Shown here in pieces: positions 18,717 through 27,964 of a stretch of DNA of 51,036 bases (positions within the stretch are counted from its first letter, which is position 1; each line of letters opens with the position of its first letter). Under the pieces are notes generated by a model that had not been told where the DNA came from, did not search any database, and saw only the letters and a program-made list of their open reading frames with translations. Position numbers and translations under genes: made by a program. Source of the stretch: a virus. Where the stretch lies: positions 1 to 51,036 of IMG/VR virus record IMGVR_UViG_3300029775_000002; one strand, given 5' to 3'.

Positions 18717-19166
18717 TTAACCTTGTTCCGGCATTTTTGTATCTTGGCTCTCGACATAGGCTATAAGGACATCAAGAGAAACTTGTCCTGTTGTAGCCAA
18801 GAAGTATGAAGGAGTCCAAAAGCTGTCGCCCCATAAGTATTCTTTTGTCTTAGGGAATTCGTTTCTTAGGACTCTCGCGGAAGCTCCTTTGATACTATTG
18901 ATTACTTTTGTTAGTCTCGTATTAGGGGTAGCCTTGAAAAGAATATGATGGTGATCCTCTCCAGGCTCTTGAGCCACTATTTCTATAGCCATCTCAGCAT
19001 TTTTTTCTCTTTGCCACTTCTCAGCCATTTCATAGATGATTTGTTTCAATCTCTCTCGTATGACTTCGTTGTATAGAGCTTTTCTCCTGTACTTCACGAC
19101 AAGAATTAAGTGATAGTGAAGGGTGTACACTGAGTGTGCGCCCTTATCGAGTTTGTAGGTTGACAT
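18717..19166 (-). CDS. tnpA: IS200-family Y1 (HUH) transposase TnpA
   Basis: HSVYTLHYHLILVVKYRRK, EDHHH HUH region, IKGASAR, WTPSYF, catalytic YVESQ; ATG at 19166. Confidence 0.95.
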   Translation of the reverse strand: MSTYKLDKGAHSVYTLHYHLILVVKYRRKALYNEVIRERLKQIIYEMAEKWQREKNAEMAIEIVAQEPGEDHHHILFKATPNTRLTKVINSIKGASARVLRNEFPKTKEYLWGDSFWTPSYFLATTGQVSLDVLIAYVESQDTKMPEQG

Positions 19167-19168
19167 TT

Positions 19169-19642
19169 TCAAACCTCTTCCACGTAAGTAATTTCGTCTT
19201 TCCATGTTGAAATGTCTGGCGCGTCACCGAAAACTATAATCTTAGGAGTTCCGGATGATCTAGTCTGGCTGTTCAGCCACTCAACGACTACAAACCAATC
19301 GGTTTTTTCGGATAATATACGCTCTGTATAGTCCCATACTCTCCACGATGTTCCACGGTTTTCCAATCTTTTTGTAGTAAGCTTAACGGGGGACATAATT
19401 GTTTTTCGGATTCCATACGTGCCTCCAGTCTGTCCACGTTGGACACATACATCAACATCGATATATCCACATTCTGGAAGTGGGTGACGTTCAACGATTT
19501 TCCCATTCAAGTGAGGTATTGGGTATTGCTTTCTGACTACTGGAACGCGAGTTCTACATAGCTGGCAATAGTAGTCACCACTGTCACGCGGGACATTGTA
19601 AATAGGACACTTGCAGACACTGCATGACGTTTCTGTGATCAT
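19169..19642 (-). CDS. Zn-ribbon-containing hypothetical protein coupled to tnpA
   Basis: CSVCKC and CQLC motifs; stop codon 2 nt before the tnpA ATG. Confidence 0.6.
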   Translation of the reverse strand: MITETSCSVCKCPIYNVPRDSGDYYCQLCRTRVPVVRKQYPIPHLNGKIVERHPLPECGYIDVDVCVQRGQTGGTYGIRKTIMSPVKLTTKRLENRGTSWRVWDYTERILSEKTDWFVVVEWLNSQTRSSGTPKIIVFGDAPDISTWKDEITYVEEV

Positions 19643-19657
19643 TTTAATTTCCTCCTC

Positions 19658-20197
19658 TTACTGTTTTTCTTTTTCTTGAGTCAGGTATTCCATGAAAAGT
19701 TTCTGATATTTTGCAACATCTTCAAAGCGAAGACTCCGAATCTGCTTGTTTCGAAGAACTGACTGAAGGAAGATTACTTTTGATTTGAATTCAGGCATTC
19801 CCTGAGCATTCATCATTATTTCGACTTCTTCGAGTGTTTCAGGCATTCTGTTAGGTGTCTTTTCGGTGATTGTGAATTCTTTAACTTTCTCCTCTTTAAC
19901 ATCTTCAAAGATTTCAGGTTCTTCTTCTACTTCATCGGCTCCTGTTTGTTTCAGAATTTCGGCTATGAGTTGTTCTTTTCTGTTTGGTCCTATTCCCTGA
20001 CTTCCCCAGGCATCTTCTACTACATCATACCAGAGTTTTCCAGCCATTAGTTCTCTTGCAATTTTACCTTCTTCACCAGATTTTACTTTTTTTGGGTTTA
20101 TCCCGAGGACTGCACACAGATCATTGACATACATTCTGTGTTTTCCATCTTTGCACCAGGTCTTTGTTACTGTTCCGAGTTTTGTGAGGTTTATCAT
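19658..20197 (-). CDS. Hypothetical protein
   Basis: 179-aa ORF with a GGAGA RBS. Confidence 0.6.
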   Translation of the reverse strand: MINLTKLGTVTKTWCKDGKHRMYVNDLCAVLGINPKKVKSGEEGKIARELMAGKLWYDVVEDAWGSQGIGPNRKEQLIAEILKQTGADEVEEEPEIFEDVKEEKVKEFTITEKTPNRMPETLEEVEIMMNAQGMPEFKSKVIFLQSVLRNKQIRSLRFEDVAKYQKLFMEYLTQEKEKQ

Positions 20198-20366
20198 TTT
20201 GGTTATCTCCTTATTTTGTTGTTTAGACTTCGTTTTCCCTTTTGGTTGCGTAATAAGTAATACAACCTAATAGTATATATAATTTACGTTAGGTTATGTT
20301 AATTTTGTGATAACCAAACTAAAAAGAGTGATTAGAAAAGCGATAGACTACTACGGTGCGAGGCTC

Positions 20367-20412
20367 CGCTTTCATCCCCGCCCTGAAGAGACGGGGTCTT
20401 CTCGCTGCGCCT
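20367..20412 (-). mobile_element. IS200/IS605 left-end-like hairpin
   Basis: CGCTTTCATCCCCGCCCTGAAGAGACGGGGTCTTCTCGC, typical of IS605-family ends. Confidence 0.6.
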
Positions 20413-20529
20413 CCGCGCTCCCCAAGATACAAATTAAAGAATCGGGAGGCGGCAGTCAATGTCTGAAGAAATTAGAGTTTTGGCAGAGGCACAGGAGAAG
20501 GCAGAGAACGAAGAGCAGGAGGAATAAAC

Positions 20530-20706
20530 ATGAAATCATACAACGTAACGATCAAAGCAGTCTATAGATGGGATATTCTGGTCCCTGCGAACACTGAAGC
20601 AGAAGCTATACAGAAAGCAAAGGAAAAATACAACTCAGATAATGATGGGTGGCTAGGCGTAGCAGATGCCACAACACACGAAAAAACTGAGTTTGAAATC
20701 CTGTAA
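20530..20706 (+). CDS. Small hypothetical protein (58 aa, not in ORF track)
   Basis: MKSYNVTIKAVYRWDILVPANTEAEAIQKAKE… with a GGAGG RBS. Confidence 0.55.
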   Translation: MKSYNVTIKAVYRWDILVPANTEAEAIQKAKEKYNSDNDGWLGVADATTHEKTEFEIL

Positions 20707-20809
20707 TTCATTTTTCTTTTCTTATCTCTTTTTTAATTCTACATTTTTTTATTTTCTACAATATTCTTATAGATAAATATATATCAGTTCACAGCGTTAA
20801 CATTTACAA

Positions 20810-21814
20810 ATGACTCTTTTTATCGAGGGACTCGCTTTCCCTCTCAATCAAAAAAATGCTAACGGGTGGGGCATACCCGCATCAGAAGCAGATAACGCTA
20901 TCAACTCCTTAAAAGCCTCTGTTATCCGAATATGCCCGCGTGATGCTCCACACGATTGCGATTTTTCCGAAGATCCCCGCGCAGAAGTTGGGCGCATTGT
21001 TGCCGCTTGGCGTGAAGGTGATGTAATCAAGGCGAAAGGGCAGATTACAGATTCCGTAGCCGCTCAGAAAATCGCAGATGGGACATGGGAAAAAAACTGG
21101 TCTACTTACGTTCAGGCTTCCAACATTGATTCTGAAGGATGGGCGACCGGCATCGAAGCGCGGTCCATGACGCTTGTGAGGAATCCCGCGTGGAGTCAAG
21201 CGGCTTGGGAGATTGCAGCTTCCGAAGGCGAAAAGCCTCTCCTGAGAACTAGTTCTAAATTCACGATTATAACAGCCTCACAAAATACACAAGGTGGTCA
21301 TATGACAGCCGAACTTGAAACCAAAATAAAAGAACTCGAAAGTAAGCTTTCTGCGAGTGAAACTGAACTCAAACAGAAAGCTGAGAGTGTTATCACTCTG
21401 GAAACCCAGGTTGCAGAGTTGGCAGCCTCTAAAGCAACTCTTGAAAAAGAGATCGAAGGGAAAACGACTCTTATAGCCTCTCTCGAACAGGAAAAAGCGT
21501 CCTCTTTCACGAAGGAAGCCGCTCAGTCGCTTGTTGCATCTGCTATTGAAAACTACAAAGCAGAAGTCAAAGCCGAACAGGAGAAGCAGGAAGCATTCAG
21601 AATGTTTGCATCTGCGAGAGAAGCCCTTGGACTCAAAACGAAAGCAGAAGAGTTCACTACTCTTTCAGCTTCGGATATGAGGAAGATTGCTGAAGATCTT
21701 GGAAGTGTGAAACTGTCAGCAAGTGGGCAGCCTCCGAGGTATCCAGCGAGCAATCAAGACGTAAATGTCGGTATGACCGGCGCATACAATCCTAAAACCG
21801 GAGCGTGGGAATAA
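20810..21814 (+). CDS. Prohead protease-scaffold fusion
   Basis: N-terminal protease-like domain (His in HDCD, Ser candidates, LVRNPA), C-terminal coiled coil; directly upstream of the capsid genes. Confidence 0.7.
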   Translation: MTLFIEGLAFPLNQKNANGWGIPASEADNAINSLKASVIRICPRDAPHDCDFSEDPRAEVGRIVAAWREGDVIKAKGQITDSVAAQKIADGTWEKNWSTYVQASNIDSEGWATGIEARSMTLVRNPAWSQAAWEIAASEGEKPLLRTSSKFTIITASQNTQGGHMTAELETKIKELESKLSASETELKQKAESVITLETQVAELAASKATLEKEIEGKTTLIASLEQEKASSFTKEAAQSLVASAIENYKAEVKAEQEKQEAFRMFASAREALGLKTKAEEFTTLSASDMRKIAEDLGSVKLSASGQPPRYPASNQDVNVGMTGAYNPKTGAWE

Positions 21815-22347
21815 TGGCTAATCTCGGACTCAGGAAACCGACTAACAAAATAGTCGTAGCAGGAGAACCACTCGTACAGGAACTCAATGTCGAGACTGCA
21901 ACCAATGTTTACCCGGGCAGACTTGTAAAAAAAGGTACTAATGATAATGATATCGTTGTTTGTGGTGCGGGCGAAAATTGTATCGGATGGGCTGGATACG
22001 AACAGATAACAAACGCTGGATACATGCCGACAGATGTCGACACGATCTATGCTCAGTATGCTCAGGCTCCTGTCCTGTATGGCGGCGGTTTTGTTGTCGT
22101 TGCGAAACTCGCAGATAATCAGACAATCGCAAAGGGAGACAGGCTTGTGGCAGCCGCAAACGGCGAAGTCTCAGAAGCCCTCGCTGCTGCATGTACCACC
22201 GGTTCCGCGACTGCAAGTGCGGTAGTATCCACAACACCAACGATTACAGGTTCAGTAGGTATAGGCGGTATTGTTGTAGGAATTGCAATGGAAACGGTAA
22301 CCACTAGCGGAGCAACTGCTGACCTGATGGTTCTGAGCCTGATCTAA
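21814..22347 (+). CDS. Capsid decoration/cement protein
   Basis: Between protease and MCP; PGRLVKKG…G..GIA pattern. Confidence 0.6.
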   Translation: MANLGLRKPTNKIVVAGEPLVQELNVETATNVYPGRLVKKGTNDNDIVVCGAGENCIGWAGYEQITNAGYMPTDVDTIYAQYAQAPVLYGGGFVVVAKLADNQTIAKGDRLVAAANGEVSEALAAACTTGSATASAVVSTTPTITGSVGIGGIVVGIAMETVTTSGATADLMVLSLI

Positions 22348-22363
22348 TTGGGAGGCGAAAAAC

Positions 22364-23239
22364 ATGGTTAATGCACTATCAACTTTTTCTAAAAAGATTG
22401 AATCTCAGCTTGTTGACCCTCTGAGGCAAGTTAACATCGGGCGTAAGCTCGTTTACGTGACTCCCGCGCAGGGATTCGGTATTTCCTCAGTCGAATGGGG
22501 CAAAATTACCGAAATGTCCGAAGGGTATGTGTCCTATGGTTTCACTTCTGGAAACGAGGACATGATTGACGTCGCCCTGACAAACAACAAAATCCCTGTG
22601 TACTGGAAAGATTACAAAGTTCCTCGCAGAATGTACGAGAGCTGGAAAGTCGGTGGTGTAGATATCGACAATGCCGCCGCGCTTTCTGCAGGCTATCAGA
22701 CTGTTACCGCCGAGGATATGGCAATCATCCAGGGCGTGAAAAACGACGGTACAAACTACGATATCCTAGGGCTGTATCAGGGCGCTGGATCAGACTATTC
22801 CACGTCAAGCGACTTCGGCACATGGGGCAACGCAATAAAAGCACTTGCCGGAGCAAAAACGACTATGGCAGGCTACGGAGTTCCCGCATACAACATGCCC
22901 CTAAACATGGTTCTCGGCTTCACGAATTACGGAGAGCTTGAGAGTAGCGTTCACAGCACTTCTGGACAGCTTGAAAAACCGATAGTCGAGAGTATGCTGA
23001 ACGGCGGTGCAATCTATGCCGTACCTGATACAGTCCTCCCAGATTCGGACGGACTCGTTCTACCGACTCCATCGGTAGGGAAAGCATATTTCGATTTCTA
23101 TCTAACTCAGAATTATACCGTTGAGCATGGCATCGATTCAGAGCATCCTGATACTGGCGACCTGACAGGTAGGGTTTACAGCGCGGGAATTCTCAGGATC
23201 AAGCAGGATAAGGCAATCTGCAAGATATCCGTTATCTGA
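22364..23239 (+). CDS. Major capsid protein (HK97 fold, encapsulin/linocin-like)
   Basis: LRQVNIGRKL, AAALSAG…EDMAIIQG and GLYQ pattern; position in the head module. Confidence 0.8.
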   Translation: MVNALSTFSKKIESQLVDPLRQVNIGRKLVYVTPAQGFGISSVEWGKITEMSEGYVSYGFTSGNEDMIDVALTNNKIPVYWKDYKVPRRMYESWKVGGVDIDNAAALSAGYQTVTAEDMAIIQGVKNDGTNYDILGLYQGAGSDYSTSSDFGTWGNAIKALAGAKTTMAGYGVPAYNMPLNMVLGFTNYGELESSVHSTSGQLEKPIVESMLNGGAIYAVPDTVLPDSDGLVLPTPSVGKAYFDFYLTQNYTVEHGIDSEHPDTGDLTGRVYSAGILRIKQDKAICKISVI

Positions 23240-23248
23240 GGTCTTTGA

Positions 23249-23635
23249 ATGGTCTTGTGTTCTGTTGTTGAAGTTCGCGCCAGGGTCTACAGCTCAACCC
23301 TCACGGATTCAGATATCCTTGATATTATCACCGAGGTATCTGCCGAAGTCCTGGCACTAGCCGAGGTAACAGCTTCTAGCAACCCTCTGCTAATTCTCGC
23401 CGGAAAAAACGCGGCATGGGCTGCCACTCTTCGGAAAATGAAAACTACCGGAGAGATGGCGGCAAGCATCCAGCAGGGAAACAGCCAGCAACAGAACACA
23501 ATAGACGCAGATATCAAAGCATATGATGAAAAAGCGGCTGAGCTGATTCAGAAATATAAGGACTCCGTGAAAGTCCTCAATGTTTCAATACCATTCGGGC
23601 GCGTCGGATTCGGGACGGTGAACAATACCTTATGA
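23249..23635 (+). CDS. Head-tail connector (gp6-like)
   Basis: CSVVEVRA start, helical ~130 aa, follows MCP. Confidence 0.6.
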   Translation: MVLCSVVEVRARVYSSTLTDSDILDIITEVSAEVLALAEVTASSNPLLILAGKNAAWAATLRKMKTTGEMAASIQQGNSQQQNTIDADIKAYDEKAAELIQKYKDSVKVLNVSIPFGRVGFGTVNNTL

Positions 23636-24228
23636 ACTCTCTTAACTTCGGAATGTTGCATACCTGCCAGGTAATCAGCACATCCCAGGATCAGAAACTC
23701 AATTTCACCTCTGGGACTGCTGTTTTTACTGTCGGGTCCGTCCTGACAGGTGCAACCTCCGAAGCTAGAGGTACGATAAAAAGTATTACGCTGTCCTCCG
23801 GCTCCTGGTCATCTGGAAATGCAGCCGGGTATCTAATCTTATCTAATGTTTCAGGAACCTTCGAAAGTGAATCAATTAGTGACACTGGCACAGGCAGAGC
23901 TACGGCCTCCGGTCCTGCGATCCCCCACACAAACGGAGTAGGAACCCCACAAACTACAACGGCCAGCACGGAATACGCTTGCAAATTCGCAAACACAAGA
24001 CAAACTGGCGGCTCACTTCCCTATTATGAGTCTGGAAAATACGTGGCATCCGAGACTATTGTATTTCTCCCGGCTGACGCTGTAGTCATGGAAGGTGACC
24101 ACATAACAAGCACAGAATCCGGATATAATCATACTTATGAAGTTACCAACGTTTCAATGTATGAAAATTTTTTCAGTGGTAGTATAGATCATATCGAGGC
24201 AAGCCTGAAGGCGGTAGAGAAGCGGTAA
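23632..24228 (+). CDS. Head closure/neck protein with a beta-rich insertion
   Basis: Position; LHTCQVI…VFLPADAVVMEGDHI…YEVTNV…HIEASL pattern. Confidence 0.55.
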   Translation: MNSLNFGMLHTCQVISTSQDQKLNFTSGTAVFTVGSVLTGATSEARGTIKSITLSSGSWSSGNAAGYLILSNVSGTFESESISDTGTGRATASGPAIPHTNGVGTPQTTTASTEYACKFANTRQTGGSLPYYESGKYVASETIVFLPADAVVMEGDHITSTESGYNHTYEVTNVSMYENFFSGSIDHIEASLKAVEKR

Positions 24229-24229
24229 C

Positions 24230-24487
24230 ATGGCCCCTACACACCCCCCTACACTGGTATACCGAGGGGAATGTGAGAAAAATAGAGACTGTCTAAAAAA
24301 TGACCTGAAAGAACTGATAACCCAGGAGCGGGACGACAGGAAAGAAGGGGAGATTGAGCTGGAAAAAGGGATAGAACGAGTTGAAACACAAATCCAGGCG
24401 ATGAACTCGAAACTTTCAGGACTCCTGGCAACTCTCTTAATAGCGGTAATTATAGCGGTTCTTGAGCTGCTTTTCGGGAAAATCTGA
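24230..24487 (+). CDS. Coiled-coil protein with C-terminal TM helix (holin/XhlA-like, tentative)
   Basis: IERVETQIQAMNSKL followed by LLATLLIAVIIAVLELLF. Confidence 0.45.
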   Translation: MAPTHPPTLVYRGECEKNRDCLKNDLKELITQERDDRKEGEIELEKGIERVETQIQAMNSKLSGLLATLLIAVIIAVLELLFGKI

Positions 24488-24893
24488 TATGTCCGACATG
24501 TTCACGGTGAAAATTGAGGGAGTTAAAGAACTCCAATCGAAATTTAAGGCACTTGATAAAGAACTTCAGATTATCTTATCACAGGCAGTAAGCGCAGGCG
24601 CAGCAGTAGTTGAAAGGGATGCGAAAATAAGGTGTCCTGTTGATACCGGGACTCTCAGGCGGTCACTCAGAGAAATGAAACAGAATAAAACGCCTGGGAG
24701 AATCGAAAGTCAAGTTGGTACTGACATTGAATACGCGCCGCATGTCGAATTTGGAACTAGATATCAGAGAGCACAACCGTATTTAAGACCTGCACTCGAT
24801 GAAAACACAAACGAGATACAGGCAGCATTTGAAACGCGACTTAACCAGCTTATCGGACGGTACAAGTCAATTACCCCTAAGCTAAAGACTTAG
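24462..24893 (+). CDS. HK97 gp10-like tail completion protein; C-terminus altered by IS insertion
   Basis: CPVDTGTLRRS, VGTDIEYAPHVEFGTRYQRAQPYLRPA; the last residues come from the IS right end. Confidence 0.85.
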   Translation: MSCFSGKSDMSDMFTVKIEGVKELQSKFKALDKELQIILSQAVSAGAAVVERDAKIRCPVDTGTLRRSLREMKQNKTPGRIESQVGTDIEYAPHVEFGTRYQRAQPYLRPALDENTNEIQAAFETRLNQLIGRYKSITPKLKT

Positions 24894-26110
24894 GGGCTTG
24901 TAACTAATCGTTAGACGGTTGTTACGTTTGGTTGATTGACAGACAACCTACTCAAGCAAGATATACCCGCCTGAGCAATATTTCTAGAAGCATTAAGATC
25001 AGCATGTATTTCAAAACCGCAAGCTTTACAATGGTAAGAATTACCGTTCCTATTACTCTTCCTAATGTCTCCACATTTAGAGCATTTCTGAGAAGAAAAT
25101 CTAGGGTCAATATAAATAACAGACTTACCGAGAGCTTCAGCTTTGTACTCAATAAACTGAGCAAGTTGATAAAAAGCCCAATTATTAAGCTTTCTAGTAA
25201 AGTCCTTTCCTTTTCTGGATTGAACTCTTATACTTGTCAGGTCTTCAAGTGCAAAGATATCATAAGGCATGTTAACTATGGTTTTCGAAATGCAGTGATT
25301 TGTATCAGTCACGAAACCGTTCTCTTTTCTGCTGATCTTCCTAAGAAGTCTTTTAGCGGACTTAGTGCCTTTGGACTGCAACTTTTGCCTAAGAAAAGCA
25401 TACTTAGCTCTAACATTTTTGATTTGTTTTCCATTAAAGAAAACGTTGTTAGAGCATACTGCAATATTTACGATACCTCTATCAATTCCGAGAACTTTAT
25501 CACCAGAAGGTTTAGGAGACTCTGTTCTAAATATAACATGCAAAAAGAAAGCATCTTTTCTGACATCATATTTCAGAGTAGAACTTCTAACTTCCCAATT
25601 GATGTAATCTCTATAATATTCAGGAACATTGAAAGTTGCTTTAATTCTTCCGTTAATGGTTGCAAGACTAACTTTTCCATATCTCAGGTAATACGTGATC
25701 ACTCGTTGGTTATACCTAATGGAAGAGTAAGTTTTTGCTTTTGGAAGATGTTTAAGCTTGACTCCTTTAAGAGCTTCACAAGCAACGTCTCTAGCTCCCT
25801 GAACAAGAGAAGAAGGAAGTTTTGGGTATTTTTCTCGGATTTGTTTATAGGTAGCATGATGGATAGATACTTTACTATAGGTTTTATTTTCAAATCCATA
25901 CTCGGCGACTTCGTTAAACACAGTGTTAAAAATAGTAATGGTTTGTTTGAGGGTTTCTTTATCTTCCTCAGAAACACTGAGTTTAAGTTTTATCGTTCTA
26001 TCCACATTCATATATTACTCTTAATACATTATATAGTTAACGGAGGTGAAAAGGCGGGAAGCTTACGGCATTCCTCCACGAAGCTAAAGACTTCGCGGTT
26101 TCCTGCCTTA
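24866..26110 (-). mobile_element. IS1341-type (TnpB-only) IS200/605 element
   Basis: Left-end hairpin GGAAACCGCGAAGTCTTTAGCTTCGTGGAGG and right end CAAGCCCCTAAGTCTTTAGCTTAGGGGTAATTGAC bracket tnpB. Confidence 0.85.
24911..26011 (-). CDS. tnpB: TnpB RNA-guided nuclease, RuvC triad intact
   Basis: LGIDRG, ALEDL, CSKCG/CKACG zinc finger, HADLNASRNI. Confidence 0.95.
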   Translation of the reverse strand: MNVDRTIKLKLSVSEEDKETLKQTITIFNTVFNEVAEYGFENKTYSKVSIHHATYKQIREKYPKLPSSLVQGARDVACEALKGVKLKHLPKAKTYSSIRYNQRVITYYLRYGKVSLATINGRIKATFNVPEYYRDYINWEVRSSTLKYDVRKDAFFLHVIFRTESPKPSGDKVLGIDRGIVNIAVCSNNVFFNGKQIKNVRAKYAFLRQKLQSKGTKSAKRLLRKISRKENGFVTDTNHCISKTIVNMPYDIFALEDLTSIRVQSRKGKDFTRKLNNWAFYQLAQFIEYKAEALGKSVIYIDPRFSSQKCSKCGDIRKSNRNGNSYHCKACGFEIHADLNASRNIAQAGISCLSRLSVNQPNVTTV

Positions 26111-26115
26111 TTTTT

Positions 26116-26484
26116 ATGATAGAGGAAGCATTAAGAACTATCCTGCTTGCAGATCCAACCCTATACGCTCTTGTAGGTACTCGAATATACCCTGTTCAGC
26201 TTCCCCTAGATTGTACTCTCCCGGCTCTTTCATATTTCCAGGTTTCCGAACCATATAACCGAATAACAGGTACACCTCGCTTTCAGATTGATATTTTTTC
26301 TAATGACTATTCACAAGTGAAACAAATTAAAGCAGCCGTTGAAAATGCTTTAAATGGGTATTCCGGCACTATAAACGGTCATAACATAGAGATAATCGTT
26401 CCACTATCTTCTTTCGATTCTTACGACTCCGAAACGGGAGTTTATCATATCCCCTATGACTTTAAGATAATTTACAGAAGGTGA
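26116..26484 (+). CDS. Tail terminator (DUF3168-like)
   Basis: IEEALRTILLAD…VGTRIYP…RFQIDIFS pattern. Confidence 0.8.
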   Translation: MIEEALRTILLADPTLYALVGTRIYPVQLPLDCTLPALSYFQVSEPYNRITGTPRFQIDIFSNDYSQVKQIKAAVENALNGYSGTINGHNIEIIVPLSSFDSYDSETGVYHIPYDFKIIYRR

Positions 26485-26488
26485 ACAC

Positions 26489-27295
26489 TTGACAACATAC
26501 CAGACAAGCACACAACATTCTGAGACTATCCGCTTCGGTTCGGCAAAAATCGAAGTCGGAGAATCTGAAGCGTCCCTAGTAAACCTGGGACTCGCAACCG
26601 GCATAAAATTTACCGAGGAATACACACCCGTAACCCTGAAACCCGACAATGCCCCTGAAATCATAGTCGGTGTAAAGGACCACAGCGCAACCGTTGAATT
26701 CGAGATGTGGGAAGTCAACCTCACAAATCTCAACCTGATCCGAGGCGGGATTGATACCCTCGGCAGCGTTGAAGGTTCGGCAACTCCTGTAAGCGCAGAA
26801 ACCCATACACTGACTGATACTAATTTTGTCAGGCTCGCCCACAAGAACGGAGACGGCTCAGAGGTTGCTTCTATTGAAGTCACCGACTCATCGGACAATG
26901 CTGCAACAAGAAACACTGACTACGTGGTTGCAGTCGATGAAGAGGGCTATACCTGCATTGCTAGGGTTGCAACTTCAACCGTAATTGCAGACGGCGACAG
27001 CGTGAAAGTCAACTATACCTATACTCCAAATGCTGCAACAACTCTCTCAAGCGGCGGGAAAAATACGGTATCTGCCAGAGTGGTCAGGCTCACGAACACC
27101 AATGCAGCTGGCAAGAAGTTCGAGATCACCGTTTACGCCGCGAAAAACCAGGGTGGCATCGAACTTGCACTCCCAGCAGATGACGGAGACGAGCCACTGA
27201 AGCCCACGATTACCTTGAAAGGTATATGTGATACTACAAGGACGGCAGGCGACCAGCTGTTCAAGATTGTGGATGAGCAAGGTGTAAGCGCATAA
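26489..27295 (+). CDS. Major tail tube protein
   Basis: IRFGSAKIEVG…LGLATGIKF; between terminator and chaperones; TTG start. Confidence 0.8.
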   Translation: MTTYQTSTQHSETIRFGSAKIEVGESEASLVNLGLATGIKFTEEYTPVTLKPDNAPEIIVGVKDHSATVEFEMWEVNLTNLNLIRGGIDTLGSVEGSATPVSAETHTLTDTNFVRLAHKNGDGSEVASIEVTDSSDNAATRNTDYVVAVDEEGYTCIARVATSTVIADGDSVKVNYTYTPNAATTLSSGGKNTVSARVVRLTNTNAAGKKFEITVYAAKNQGGIELALPADDGDEPLKPTITLKGICDTTRTAGDQLFKIVDEQGVSA

Positions 27296-27322
27296 TTTCC
27301 CAGGAAATAAAGGTGAAAGAAA

Positions 27323-27715
27323 ATGTCCGAAAATGGTCTGCTAAAAGATTTCGATATCCTTGCTCCTGCGAAAAGAATTGCCCGGATCGGAGGGGAGGAA
27401 ATTGATGTCACAATCGTTCCTGCGAGAGCTGCCCTGAAGTTCATCAGTTTCTCAAAAAAATACAGCGTTCAATCCCTGGAATCTATGGGACAGGACAGCT
27501 TTGACCCTGGTATGATTGATGATATCCTCGAAGTTGTTGAGCTTGTATGCAAGCGGTCAAGCACGAAAATTACAAGCGACTGGCTCCTCGACAATGTAGA
27601 TATCAAAGTCCTCATTGAGTTCGTAATGTTTGTCTTTGCCGGCATGAAAAACGTAAGTTCTGGCGAATCCTCCACCGGAGAAGAAGGAAAAAACTTGGAA
27701 TCTGGGACATCATAA
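27323..27715 (+). CDS. Tail assembly chaperone (gpG-like)
   Basis: Between tail tube and TMP; ends just after a slippery heptamer. Confidence 0.75.
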   Translation: MSENGLLKDFDILAPAKRIARIGGEEIDVTIVPARAALKFISFSKKYSVQSLESMGQDSFDPGMIDDILEVVELVCKRSSTKITSDWLLDNVDIKVLIEFVMFVFAGMKNVSSGESSTGEEGKNLESGTS

Positions 27716-27960
27716 CCCAGCTTGGAATAATTTACTCCTGGGCGACTCCGGAGAAGCTTCTCGATGAAATGAGCTTGGAACAAATTATCTTGTTCTATCG
27801 ATACGGATGGGAAGCCAGGGAAACAGAAGCGCAGATGTATTGGGGCGTACTCGGGAAAGCTCTTTCAGGCGAAGAACCTCAGAAGAAAAGTATAGCAGAT
27901 TTCAAAAAACTGTATCCGGACGCGATATTAGAAAACGGAGCTTGGAAAGTTTCAAGGTGA
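27688..27960 (+). CDS. -1 frameshift extension of the tail chaperone (gpGT-like)
   Basis: A AAA AAC at 27688-27694; the -1 frame is open from there through ORF 27769-27960. Confidence 0.8.
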   Translation, partial: KKLGIWDIITQLGIIYSWATPEKLLDEMSLEQIILFYRYGWEARETEAQMYWGVLGKALSGEEPQKKSIADFKKLYPDAILENGAWKVSR

Positions 27961-27964
27961 TGAA

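Noticed and set aside
20307-20567. 86-aa plus-strand ORF
   Set aside because: Reads through the IS left-end hairpin; probably a disrupted gene or chance ORF
22364-23239. Encapsulin nanocompartment operon
   Set aside because: Flanked by protease, decoration and neck genes, so it is a viral MCP
24932-26119. 395-aa plus-strand ORF
   Set aside because: Antisense shadow of tnpB with no recognisable motifs
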